This document shows positions 1 through 9,411 of a stretch of DNA of 64,000 bases, piece by piece; within the stretch, counting starts at the first letter, position 1; every line of letters begins with the position of its first letter. Under the pieces are notes generated by a model. It ran no database searches, was not told the DNA's origin, and saw only the letters and a list, made by a program, of their open reading frames with translations. The position numbers and the translations under genes are program-made. The stretch comes from an uncultured virus (IMG/VR IMGVR_UViG_3300048581_000043) (Duplodnaviria > Heunggongvirae > Uroviricota > Caudoviricetes): the IMG/VR virus record IMGVR_UViG_3300048581_000043. One strand, 5' to 3'.

Positions 1-267
1 CTTGAAGTTTTGCTGTTTCTTGAGCATGACTTCTTTTAGCTAACAAAGTTGGAGTACCTGATAAAGGCAAACCCGTATTATCCCAATTAATGACTTAGAT
101 TTGTGTATAAATATGCGAAGCTAATTTAACTTGGTGTTCCAGCATTACTGGAGTTCGGTTTTTCTGTGCACTCCTTAACGTCACTCGTGCCAATTTGATT
201 CTCCTTTTCAATTTTTTCAGGCTCATAATGAGGACAATCGTCTAACAAAGCACAACTACCACTCTTG

Positions 268-453
268 TCAACCAAAGGGCATCCACTTTGCAGATAACAC
301 TGCATTTTGTCTAGCCTCCTGTAAAACAATTTCTGCTTTATTAATCACTGGATCATATAAACGATCTGGTCCGAGACAACCATCGTGAGAATCGCGCATT
401 TCTTCTGCCATATCAATCAAAGATGCAAAAACCAAAAGTTCAGTAGCAGTCAT
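268..453 (-). CDS. hypothetical phage protein
   Basis: 61-aa ORF co-oriented with neighbours. Confidence 0.55.
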   Translation of the reverse strand: MTATELLVFASLIDMAEEMRDSHDGCLGPDRLYDPVINKAEIVLQEARQNAVLSAKWMPFG

Positions 454-708
454 AATTAGTTAACCTTTTTAGGATTTGTTGTTCAAGATTTGGGACTCAT
501 TAAAGAGATACTCTAAAACAAGTCCCAAACTTTCAACAACCTATCTTTAAGTCAGAAAGTAATAAAGTAATACATATTAAATTAATGGTTGTACTTTTAG
601 GCGAGTCGCCGCATAGTTCTTTCCTTTCAGTTCCAATTGTGGATACATAAATTTTCATACAGAACCTGTATGATTCAAACCCTTTAGGGGTATGAAAGCT
701 AATCAAGT

Positions 709-1023
709 TTATTTATAATCAACGTATTCGCTTACATCAATATACCCATACCCACGTTTTTCAACTCCTTTTCCTCCTATTCGTTGATAATCTAAGCCCC
801 CATCAAGAAAAATGTCTCCGCATTTACAGGTTACAAGATCATGTCGATGTTTGGATTCAATAATAGTTTTACATGTCTTACACTGAATTCTACTACGAAT
901 TAATTTTCGATGGAAAATAGGATCACGATTAATAAAACGCTTTTCAATATAGTCTATTGCATAATACAACATAAGACCAATAAAGAGAAGAATAACCATA
1001 TCGAGTACAATTAAACCATTCAT
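709..1023 (-). CDS. Zn-ribbon phage protein with N-terminal hydrophobic segment
   Basis: CKTC-x-IES-x-HRHD-x-CKCG-x-DGG-x-Y-x-R pattern common in phage small proteins; GGAG RBS. Confidence 0.7.
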   Translation of the reverse strand: MNGLIVLDMVILLFIGLMLYYAIDYIEKRFINRDPIFHRKLIRSRIQCKTCKTIIESKHRHDLVTCKCGDIFLDGGLDYQRIGGKGVEKRGYGYIDVSEYVDYK

Positions 1024-1530
1024 AATATCTCCTTAATTACGTTGTTCATGCATCAACCCTAAAAGCTGATTGCTATTATCGTATGAACTACTCAATACAT
1101 ATATGTTGTTATCTCCATAACGATCTACCCATTTTTCAGTTTCAAAAGCATCAATATCTAAAGCTAAACCTATGAATAAAATCTGAAGTGTATTCATGAT
1201 TACCTAGATCTGGTTAAGTTTTAATATAAGATCTTCTTCAACAAAGACCTCATAAGGATTCCTCATGTCTTTTTTAATGGCATGAACAGATTTGTTAGAA
1301 AGATAATTGAATGCCATACACCAAATTGCTCGTTTAACACATTTAATAACAAACCTATCTTCCCATTGTTCAATGGAAACCCCTATAATATCTTCGGGCT
1401 TACTATTGATCCATGAACAACTTCTGCCTTACCCATTTGAGGAACATAATGGTCGCCCTCTAAATCTACATATTCAGGTAGAGGCTAAACCAAATGTTGA
1501 CGTACAGCAGTAGCTTTAATACGATCTATA

Positions 1531-1716
1531 CTAATTTGGAACTCGACTACTAATCCGTTGCTCATGATTTTCTTCTTTCATTTCGGGATGTACAACAAGA
1601 CAGGTATCGCAGTCTTGTTCAGGCTTATCTATTTGTGGACACACAGAAGAATCGCAAGGACAAACATGATCTTGGTCAGCGGGAACATAACCGCAACTAC
1701 AATAATAGCGTGTCAT
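1531..1716 (-). CDS. small Cys-rich hypothetical protein
   Basis: CSCG, CPC and CDTC; AAGGA RBS. Confidence 0.55.
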   Translation of the reverse strand: MTRYYCSCGYVPADQDHVCPCDSSVCPQIDKPEQDCDTCLVVHPEMKEENHEQRISSRVPN

Positions 1717-1728
1717 AATTTTTCCTTA

Positions 1729-2001
1729 CTAATTTATCTTTATGTAATTCGTAGGCACTTCGTTTGACCATCCCAAATAATCTTTAGATTGATAAACTAA
1801 ACTCGCAGTAACACGACCTAAAAGACCGGCCCAATTATGCAAATCAATATGAACTGTACCATTAGGGTAATAAGCGGCATCAACAAAGCCAGCATTCTTA
1901 AACTCCAAACAACGTCCACCACTAAGAAAGATAAATAGAAAAGCCAATGTTAAACAACGAAATGATTTAAGCATATGCGTAGAACCTTTTCTAGTCTTCA
2001 T
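1729..2001 (-). CDS. hypothetical membrane/secreted protein, paralog of 3235-3504
   Basis: FRC-x-LAF-x-FIF-x-S-x-GRCLEFKNA-x-FV shared with 3235-3504; AGGAG RBS. Confidence 0.7.
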   Translation of the reverse strand: MKTRKGSTHMLKSFRCLTLAFLFIFLSGGRCLEFKNAGFVDAAYYPNGTVHIDLHNWAGLLGRVTASLVYQSKDYLGWSNEVPTNYIKIN

Positions 2002-2013
2002 ATTAACTCCTAC

Positions 2014-2364
2014 TTATTTGCCATTATGCTTCTCTAAAAACAACCTCGCCTTTTCGATAGCAATTTTTTGATCAATAACTTCTTTATCTGTTTGATTTAT
2101 TGCTAGTTGTAGTGATGCGTTTCTATCTTCTATAAGCATATCAATCAAGAAATACATCCCGTTACATTTTCCTAAACTACCTACAAAACTCATTGATCGC
2201 CAAGGACGATTTTCTTCGTCATGATCATCATCGGGATTATTTCGAGGTACACCACGCCGAACTGCGATAGACATACAACTTGCAGGATCTACTTCTTCCT
2301 TTAAGTTCTGTAAAAAAACAATATCATCAAGAATATTTTGAATACGTTGAGTAGAATTTTCCAT
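2014..2364 (-). CDS. hypothetical protein
   Basis: 116-aa ORF with AGGAG RBS. Confidence 0.7.
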   Translation of the reverse strand: MENSTQRIQNILDDIVFLQNLKEEVDPASCMSIAVRRGVPRNNPDDDHDEENRPWRSMSFVGSLGKCNGMYFLIDMLIEDRNASLQLAINQTDKEVIDQKIAIEKARLFLEKHNGK

Positions 2365-2400
2365 TGCTTCAACTCCTACAAATTAATTACTAGGAAAGAT

Positions 2401-2528
2401 TGAGCCAGTTTAGGGTCTTGCACCCAATCTCTTACATCTAAAATGGCCCCTTAGCATGTCATGTCCTCCGGGACCTCCCAGAGGCAGGCTACAGGACTTA
2501 CCCAAAAATTAGATATCAGTTGGCTGGC
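2401..2528 (-). ncRNA. candidate structured RNA with tRNA-like ends
   Basis: GC-richer intergenic island; GCCAG/CUGGC closing stem, AUAUCUAA/UUAGAUGU, GUCCU/AGGAC, and a 3' GGGUGCAAGACCC T-arm-like hairpin. Confidence 0.4.
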
Positions 2529-2530
2529 GT

Positions 2531-2653
2531 TTAAAGCTTTGTATTACAATGGCGACATCTTACCGCCCCTTTTGACCATGCTTGATCGTGCCCCAAAAAT
2601 TGACAGATTAGCCAATCAACAAGTCGCCATTTCTTTCGCATCTTCGCCCTCAT
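2531..2653 (-). CDS. small Cys/His protein (not in ORF track)
   Basis: manual translation MRAKMRKKWRLVDWLICQFLGHDQAWSKGAVRCRHCNTKL. Confidence 0.6.
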   Translation of the reverse strand: MRAKMRKKWRLVDWLICQFLGHDQAWSKGAVRCRHCNTKL

Positions 2654-2657
2654 TTAT

Positions 2658-2858
2658 CTAGATTTCTAATCGCCAATACTTCGTAATAAAATGGCCTACA
2701 ACAAACACTATAAAATAAATCCAGACAAACACAATTAGATACTTACAGATAATATATAGCCAAAAACGTCCACGCTCTCCAAGTAAAAACCAAATCAACA
2801 CAATGCTGGCAATTACACAGAAAACATCTTTAAAATAAAGACAGCTTTCTGGAGTCAT
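2658..2858 (-). CDS. small two-TM membrane protein
   Basis: two hydrophobic stretches; AAGGA RBS before the ATG at 2858. Confidence 0.6.
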   Translation of the reverse strand: MTPESCLYFKDVFCVIASIVLIWFLLGERGRFWLYIICKYLIVFVWIYFIVFVVGHFITKYWRLEI

Positions 2859-2909
2859 TTTAAATCCTTTAAGTGTTTTAATAGACAATAAGAATAGCCC
2901 AGAAAGACT

Positions 2910-3208
2910 ATTGCGTTGCAATGTCCTGTCCCAGGAGAATGACTACCTGGTAATACTGGACTTGGCTTCTAATCTGAAAGAAAGGAAGCCTTCTATTAGC
3001 AGTGATGGATAAATAGCGCCTTTGCATGTTAAGCAAAAACTTTCCTATCACAGAGTTATGGTTCCTTCTACCTACAAGAGAGATACATAGCCCTCTTCGT
3101 CTGGAACCGACTCGCATAGCTAGCGCCTACCTGGCGCATGGGGCAATTTGACATCTGGTGTTAGTAGCTTTTTCAACTAACGCAGTAACTAACCAGACTG
3201 ATTGCCAT
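2910..3208 (-). ncRNA. candidate multi-hairpin structured RNA
   Basis: consecutive stems GGCAAU/AUUGCC, UCUGG/CCAGA, GUUAGU/ACUAAC, GCGCC/GGCGC, GGCUUC/GAAGCC, GUCC/GGAC, CCAGG/CCUGG; no convincing ORF. Confidence 0.35.
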
Positions 3209-3234
3209 TTTCTCCTTATGGCCTACTGAAATAC

Positions 3235-3504
3235 TTAAGAACCTGTTTTCTTATAATCAACAGGTAATTGATTAGACCATCCTAAATAAATTTTAGTTGG
3301 ATAAATTAAATATGCAGAAATGGGACTCAAAATACCAAAGTAATTATGAAGATAAAGATGTACTTCATTTTCATGATATGACGTTTCAACGAAACTAGCA
3401 TTTTTAAATTCTAAACAACGACCATTACTAAAAAAAATAAAAACAAAAGCCAACATCATGCAACGAAACGCTTTTTTGAGGATTTTCAGATCGGTTGGCT
3501 TCAT
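3235..3504 (-). CDS. hypothetical membrane/secreted protein, paralog of 1729-2001
   Basis: shared motif; likely start MKPTDLK, with an open in-frame upstream extension to 3642. Confidence 0.7.
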   Translation of the reverse strand: MKPTDLKILKKAFRCMMLAFVFIFFSNGRCLEFKNASFVETSYHENEVHLYLHNYFGILSPISAYLIYPTKIYLGWSNQLPVDYKKTGS

Positions 3505-3649
3505 TTCGCCCCCTTGGGTTTGGACATCACAAAACTCTTGAGCCTCATGGAGGGTATCAAAAGTCTTCTTTTTGGGTGTTTCTTCACTCCATCGAACAAT
3601 GAAAGATATACGAACGAAGCTTGTTTCTACGAAAGCCTCCAACCAGTTG

Positions 3650-3901
3650 TTAGGTTACATGTTTTACATTAACCTGTATTTCAAACAACATCTCATCATA
3701 GAACATTGGTGAAGCTTTAATCTTCTTAATAATCATCGTAACTTTCGTTACTTCAAACTCTTCACCAAAACGAGGGTGATTAGTAAGAAATGTAATACGC
3801 TCTCCAATACGAGGCACTATATCTGCGACATATTGAGAAATAATGCCACATCCAGCTTCAACTTTTGGAAATTCTTCAATTATACTGATTGTAATAGGCA
3901 T
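3650..3901 (-). CDS. hypothetical protein
   Basis: GAGGTG RBS before MPITIS; VPRIGERI motif typical of small phage beta-proteins. Confidence 0.65.
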   Translation of the reverse strand: MPITISIIEEFPKVEAGCGIISQYVADIVPRIGERITFLTNHPRFGEEFEVTKVTMIIKKIKASPMFYDEMLFEIQVNVKHVT

Positions 3902-4525
3902 TACTTTCACCTCTTGAAATGGTTGGTTTCTCGGAAGTCCAGTCTTCAGACATCGCCGCAGGACCCCAAATTGAACATCTAATTGAAGGTATCCATCTGG
4001 CCCATGAAGAGCAAACAATCCTCTTATCTATACAGAGTGAAGTTTTCAATCCTCCATTATTTGCAAAAGTATTTAGCTCTATATGCGATAGAGTAGTTTC
4101 AGTACATTATGTCAGGGCACTCAACCCCTCCTCTATTTGGGCGCATATAGAGCTAAATACTTTTGACTACAGTTTAATATGTCGAGTAATTTCAAAGATT
4201 TGCATAATTATACAAATAGCAGTATAACTTACAAAAAAACAAATAAACATAAACCAATCATTAGGTGAACGCATAATGATCCTTTCTAATTCCTATTTTG
4301 CAGCGGAAATCTATTTAACTCGTCTTACATTTATAACAGCCATCTCCTCAGTAACAAGGGTAGCAATCTTAAGCTTGGGCAAAGCCTCAAAGAGGTCCCA
4401 TAAAGCCTTATTAAAAGGTGAAGCTGTATTAGTTTCATTGATAACAGCAGTGTTATTATCCCAATTAAGCTCTAACAGGAACATGGTACCTCCTTATTGA
4501 ATCAAAAACGCGGCATAAAGTAAAT

Positions 4526-4834
4526 TTACCTTTCTAAAGAAGCTATAAACTCCTTATCCTCCTTAGAACAATTAGAATCATTATCTTCACTACAAGGCGA
4601 ATGAATCCCTTCATCATTTACACAAACTATCTCATCATCAAGCCTAGCCCCCAATTTAAATAAGTTAAGGGCTCTTTGCTTGGTATTTTCGTAGTATTCT
4701 TTGTTCTCAGCTGAAAAGAATCCCCCTTGGGAACGGCTATACGGCAATTCAAACTGAAGCCATTCACGCATTGAAGGAAATACAGAGTTTTCTACAGAAT
4801 CCTCACCATGTCGCAAATCATTAAGAATTATCAT
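4526..4834 (-). CDS. hypothetical protein
   Basis: AAGGAG RBS before the ATG at 4834. Confidence 0.6.
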   Translation of the reverse strand: MIILNDLRHGEDSVENSVFPSMREWLQFELPYSRSQGGFFSAENKEYYENTKQRALNLFKLGARLDDEIVCVNDEGIHSPCSEDNDSNCSKEDKEFIASLER

Positions 4835-4889
4835 TTTACTCCTTTCTACAATAACTACGAATGAAAAACCGGATAAAGAGTAAATTAAC

Positions 4890-5120
4890 TTATTGATGAA
4901 ACTTACTCTCTGCAAATAATTCAATCATATGACAAGAGTAATGTTTAAAATCGCCGCATTTAGTACATACAGTATCGGTTCCTCCAGTAATAGGAGTTTT
5001 AGCTATAATATGAACCTTATCTTCTAAACAACAATCACAGTAAAGCCTAACTGGAATACGATTAGGTCCAAGCTTAATAGAAAGGATCTCTTCAACAGCA
5101 GGAGAAAAAACTTGTTTCAA
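4890..5120 (-). CDS. Zn-finger hypothetical protein
   Basis: CDCC...CTKC; AAGGAG RBS and TTG start. Confidence 0.6.
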   Translation of the reverse strand: MKQVFSPAVEEILSIKLGPNRIPVRLYCDCCLEDKVHIIAKTPITGGTDTVCTKCGDFKHYSCHMIELFAESKFHQ

Positions 5121-5462
5121 TTATAAGACTCCTTTCTAAGACCTAAATATCTACATAGCCAAATGGCCAAAGACCTACATAGCTTAATATCTAAATAGCT
5201 AAAGACAAAGCCAAAGCTAAAGACAAAGCCATGTGAATCTTGGATTGTACCGATGAAATTGCCCAATGTGACAGGAGAAGTATGCCCTGTCCCCAAAAGC
5301 ATGAAGAAATTCAAAACCTTTGGAGATGTAGGATCTACAAGAACCCACATGGTAACTTTGTCATTTTGGATTGCGCAAGAAAGAATCCTGTGGGAAGCAG
5401 GGATAGCAAACATCTCCCGTCCAAACCACCCCCCAAAATGTGTATTTCCAAACGGTGTTCAT
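5117..5462 (-). pseudogene. frameshifted small phage protein (MxTxWKY...W-x-LVDP...GTG...GTIQ family)
   Basis: ATG at 5462 overlaps the upstream TGA; MNTVWKYTF is one base out of frame with GGWFGREMFAIP at the T4G6 tract; the 3' end runs into an 8-mer repeat tract. Confidence 0.55.
5141..5230. repeat. degenerate 8-nt tandem repeat tract plus AGCTAAAGACAAAGCC duplication
   Basis: ACCTAAAT ATCTACAT AGCCAAAT GGCCAAAG ACCTACAT AGCTTAAT ATCTAAAT AGCTAAAG; 5197-5212 equals 5215-5230. Confidence 0.75.
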
Positions 5463-5698
5463 GAATCACCATCCTTTTGTTTCAAAATGCCCTCAAGAAC
5501 ATGTTCTCGATGCATATTCTTGATTCTGTAGATGACATCATCCAAAGCTTGTTTTTGCCAATCCTGCAAAGTCAATCCTCTGGGCAATGTTACTTTTACA
5601 GGATGAAGTTCTGAATGACGGATGGCTTCAAGAGATTTCTTGGTTGTATCCATTGACTCAATCAGATCGTTGAGTCGAGTGATTAATTCTTTGTTCAT
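5459..5698 (-). CDS. hypothetical protein
   Basis: AAAGGA RBS before MNKELITR. Confidence 0.65.
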   Translation of the reverse strand: MNKELITRLNDLIESMDTTKKSLEAIRHSELHPVKVTLPRGLTLQDWQKQALDDVIYRIKNMHREHVLEGILKQKDGDS

Positions 5699-6164
5699 GA
5701 CATGTCCTTTACAAAAAACAACGAATTGGCGGCGCAGGAGGGAGTAGACTGTACGTTTCCGACTACAAGTACTATATAAGATGATTAAACTCAGGAGTAA
5801 TACCCAGTTCAATCTTAACTATCTGTAATAGAGACCCATCACGAGTAACCCAGTGATCAATCTGTTGAGAAGCAACTCCGCCATAACAAGACAAAATAAC
5901 CCTATCTCGTAGAGCAGAAGCCTCAGAATAGGTAGCAAATCTTGGAGCTTTACACTCCTAAGGCTTCTGGTTTCCCTCGCCAATGGTCCATAGACCTACT
6001 AACCTACAAGTCTTTCGTAATTCGCTCCTTTCAAAAACAACATCTTTAATAGATGAAGTAACTCAAGAACAATCTAACAGCAGCTTCATAAGAATTAACA
6101 TCAGCTGGTTATCATAAGGCCTCCAGTTCAACAGCCTATGAACCTTTAACCTACATGGACTTTT

Positions 6165-6188
6165 AATCTACAAATCTACAAATCTACA
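6165..6188. repeat. (AATCTACA)x3 tandem repeat
   Basis: three perfect copies. Confidence 0.85.
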
Positions 6189-6624
6189 AATAACCTACTA
6201 CCCCTTTTAATATACTTCGTCCTATTATCTCACGTGAACAAATTCTGTTGTTACAAAATTCTCACGTTATTAATAGACTTAGTTATAAAAGAATAATATT
6301 ATAAGAAATTATATATAAAGAATAATATATTAAGTATTAAAGGATATAGTATTATAATAAACTATACCTTATCCAATCATACTCCAATATACGATATTCT
6401 ATTAAGGGAAGAATAAAGTAACAACATATTTACCATATGCCGTTTTCTTCCCCTCACCCTTTCTTTACTACCTCAAGCTTCTTACTACTCAACTTTTTGA
6501 TTTTAAATAACAAATTTAAATAAGACTAATCTTTTTACAATTGTATGCCCTTTTTAATTGAACACCAGTGGTTGTATACTTTTAAGTATTAAAAAAATAA
6601 ATTACTCAAAACTGCATTTTTCAC

Positions 6625-6652
6625 TTGACAAGCTGTTTTTTTATGCTAATAT
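6625..6652 (+). promoter_or_regulatory. sigma70-type promoter with extended -10
   Basis: TTGACA-16nt-TAATAT with TG upstream of the -10. Confidence 0.55.
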
Positions 6653-6843
6653 AAGAAAAGCAGATGAGTTATAAAAGCTAAACATCTTTAGCATATATCA
6701 CCTGCTCCGCAGTAGTTACTTATGTAGGTTTTGTACTAACAAAGATTATTATATTAATTGAAATTAAATTAATAACCTACATTACACAATGAACTTCAAA
6801 AGACTATTAAATAACCTCTCCAGAAATCCAATTAAATAATAGA

Positions 6844-6895
6844 ATCCTTGAGATGATATATCCTTTATGCTACAAGGACATACCACCCCAAGGAT
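6844..6895 (-). terminator. 22-bp hairpin closing the leftward operon
   Basis: AUCCUUGGGGUGGUAUGUCCUU pairs fully with AAGGAUAUAUCAUCUCAAGGAU (4 G.U pairs, valid only on the minus strand); about 50 nt after the stop at 6943. Confidence 0.7.
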
Positions 6896-6942
6896 CTTTC
6901 AACTCTTAGGCTAGTTTAACGTATAACTAACCTATGCTACAG

Positions 6943-8499
6943 TTACTTACAATCAACAATTTGACGCAATGCCTCCTGTTTAAGTGGATCCTTTTCAATG
7001 GACAATTGATACAGATAAATCTTACGCATGTCCACCTTACCAGGTTTGCCACCCAATAGATCATATTGGACCAACAAGAACTCAAAGCTCTTGTCAGGAA
7101 ACGTCTGCATTGCAAGAATCATGAGTTGCGTCTTATTGCGCTTGCATTTCTCATCACGAGAATACTCACACAACCCACGCATCAGATTCTCTTGAGGCCA
7201 ACCAGTACGCTTAGCCTTCTCCTCAGGCAAGTTCTCTGGTTGAAACCAGTTAGGATAGAAACTGGAACGCTTCATGAAGAACTCGAAACCAGGTCGTTCA
7301 AACAAACTCCTGGCAACCAGGTCCTTAAACATAGCAACCATAAGTTTGCCTTCATTGGCAAGCTCAATTTGCTTGTTAGCGTCAGTCTCAGCCATGAACT
7401 GATCACGCTTCTTAAAGATCTTCTGCTCTAACTCGATGATCTCATCGAATTCTTTCTGCAGATTGATCTTAATGTAACGTGCCTTCGCTCGCAATTCAGT
7501 CATGTGTTGAACATGATCTGTATAATCCAAGCGAGTTGCCTTCATCATCGCAACGTCAGCCAAGATAAGCTTGGTCTTCCAAGCTTGGAAATCCTCAGCT
7601 CGCACGATGCAATTATCAGAGGCAAAATCAGCTTCGCCCAGATCGATATCTTCTGTGCTAGTGCCAGTCCATGACACGTAGAATTCCTTTTTACCATCTT
7701 TGCCATCTTTCGGAATCCAACGATACACGTTGGCATAAACAGCAGCAGGACCACTGGGGTATGAATCCCTTTCTTGTTCTTGTTCATACTCGGTATGATC
7801 CAACCTTACCCACTCACGGCTCCATCCATAAACGGACTTGCCATGATACCGCTCTAAGATTGGGGTAATATACTTATCCCAAAACTTAGTCCAAATCACT
7901 TGCTCTGAGTCACCTTCAGCAATCAACTCAGTAAAGTCATGCAAACCATGTCGTACTTCATTCAACGATTTGGCCGCATCAACTCGTGAGTTGACCTTAG
8001 TTAAACTTCTGAAGTTAGAACTTAATACACGAAATGCCATGAGGGCTTTCTCATAAGGCGCCTCAATCAACTTCGTGTAATGCATGATCTCTTTAAAGAG
8101 CTTCATGCCCATATCCTCTTTCATCTCAGCAGGCTGAAGACTCACCTTCCTCTGAATCTTCCCGGTAATCTTCCAATTACCCAGCCCATCCTGAGACACA
8201 TTGCCTAATCCATTGCGGCGCAAATCCAAAAGCTTATAGGCTTTGCTTACCAGCCACTTTTGAGTAGTGTAAGAAGATGCTAACATTTCAGCAGGAGTCA
8301 ATCCCTCTAGAAATGAGAGATTCATTCCGTTAAACTCAGTCCATGCACGTTGCACATCTTCGAACCTGATCCCTTGCGTCTGAATCCGGTTCATAATGGC
8401 ATTATAGGTTGGCCCATGTAAACTGGGAAAACTATAACCCATCTCTTGCACTTCAATGCACGTCCGACCTTCGACTGGAAACTTCGAGGTACTAGCCAT
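6943..8499 (-). CDS. large hypothetical early protein (518 aa)
   Basis: long ORF with GGAGG RBS; no motif recognised. Confidence 0.85.
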   Translation of the reverse strand: MASTSKFPVEGRTCIEVQEMGYSFPSLHGPTYNAIMNRIQTQGIRFEDVQRAWTEFNGMNLSFLEGLTPAEMLASSYTTQKWLVSKAYKLLDLRRNGLGNVSQDGLGNWKITGKIQRKVSLQPAEMKEDMGMKLFKEIMHYTKLIEAPYEKALMAFRVLSSNFRSLTKVNSRVDAAKSLNEVRHGLHDFTELIAEGDSEQVIWTKFWDKYITPILERYHGKSVYGWSREWVRLDHTEYEQEQERDSYPSGPAAVYANVYRWIPKDGKDGKKEFYVSWTGTSTEDIDLGEADFASDNCIVRAEDFQAWKTKLILADVAMMKATRLDYTDHVQHMTELRAKARYIKINLQKEFDEIIELEQKIFKKRDQFMAETDANKQIELANEGKLMVAMFKDLVARSLFERPGFEFFMKRSSFYPNWFQPENLPEEKAKRTGWPQENLMRGLCEYSRDEKCKRNKTQLMILAMQTFPDKSFEFLLVQYDLLGGKPGKVDMRKIYLYQLSIEKDPLKQEALRQIVDCK

Positions 8500-8647
8500 T
8501 GTGGGTCCTCCAGGACCTTAATTTACCAATACTCAAGGCAGGTGGTGATCCCGCTTACAGTGTATCATGGCACTGTACAACCAGTAGTACTGTACTACTC
8601 CATGCCTACTATCAGTAGTAATAGTAGGACAAGGGTAGGACACTAAG

Positions 8648-8863
8648 CTACTTCATTTCTTCATCAATCGGACTGATGTCCGATAGATCATCCTCTTCTT
8701 CGCAGTCCTCCTCATCTGGAAAATCCGGGATCTGTGCTTCAACTACTATTGCCCCGCATTCAATGCATTGAACAATATCCCAACCATCCTTTTCTTGAAT
8801 GGTATGCATCGTATCTTTTCCACAACTACAAGCTCTTTCAACTAGCTCTTGTAAGTTACTCAT
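8648..8863 (-). CDS. Zn-ribbon protein with acidic tail
   Basis: CSCG...CIECG; D/E-rich C-terminus; AAGGAGG RBS. Confidence 0.75.
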   Translation of the reverse strand: MSNLQELVERACSCGKDTMHTIQEKDGWDIVQCIECGAIVVEAQIPDFPDEEDCEEEDDLSDISPIDEEMK

Positions 8864-8888
8864 GATGCCTCCTTAGTTAAGGATGTCA

Positions 8889-9110
8889 CTACCGAGTTTC
8901 TTTGATGTAGTTTAAAGCGAGCGGTTCAGGAATACCTGCATCCAAATATTCCCGAAGAGTAATGATTTCCAATCTACTAAACCTACTGTTCTCGTAGTAA
9001 TAGTTCCCTTCGACAATCTGAAAGGAACAAGTATCGCAGACCTTCTTGTCTCCAGACACAGTATCTAAACGACCTCCACAAACAGGGCAAATTTGCATAA
9101 CTACCTCCAT
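8889..9110 (-). CDS. Zn-ribbon protein
   Basis: CPVCGG...CDTC; true start may be the second Met, after GGAGG. Confidence 0.7.
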   Translation of the reverse strand: MEVVMQICPVCGGRLDTVSGDKKVCDTCSFQIVEGNYYYENSRFSRLEIITLREYLDAGIPEPLALNYIKETR

Positions 9111-9119
9111 AAAAAGATT

Positions 9120-9147
9120 AAGCCTTTTAATGTCTTGCTCAGGACAT
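9120..9147 (-). ncRNA. H-type pseudoknot motif, copy 2
   Basis: AUGUC-CUGAGCAA-GACAU-UAAAAG-GCUU, just after the stop of 9152-9400. Confidence 0.6.
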
Positions 9148-9151
9148 GAAA

Positions 9152-9400
9152 CTAGATCTTCCCCAACTTACCAAGTACCTCCATTACTCTGTACTTGGGG
9201 ATAGAACGAGAAGTCCTATCCAAAACCTTAACGCCTTTGACGATAAAACGAACAACCTCTTGCTTTGACGTATCATCAAAACACTCGCGAATAATCACCT
9301 TAGGGTTACAACTGCGGGCTAAACCTAAACCCACATTAAAGTAATCCCTTTCGGCAGCATCTAGTAATGATTGGTAATCAAACTCATCATGTAAAGCCAT
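9152..9400 (-). CDS. hypothetical early protein
   Basis: AAGGAG RBS. Confidence 0.75.
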   Translation of the reverse strand: MALHDEFDYQSLLDAAERDYFNVGLGLARSCNPKVIIRECFDDTSKQEVVRFIVKGVKVLDRTSRSIPKYRVMEVLGKLGKI

Positions 9401-9411
9401 GGTTCTCCTTT

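Noticed and set aside
471..547. Imperfect intergenic inverted repeat
   Set aside because: Single hairpin with no motif or second copy; probably an ordinary processing or terminator stem
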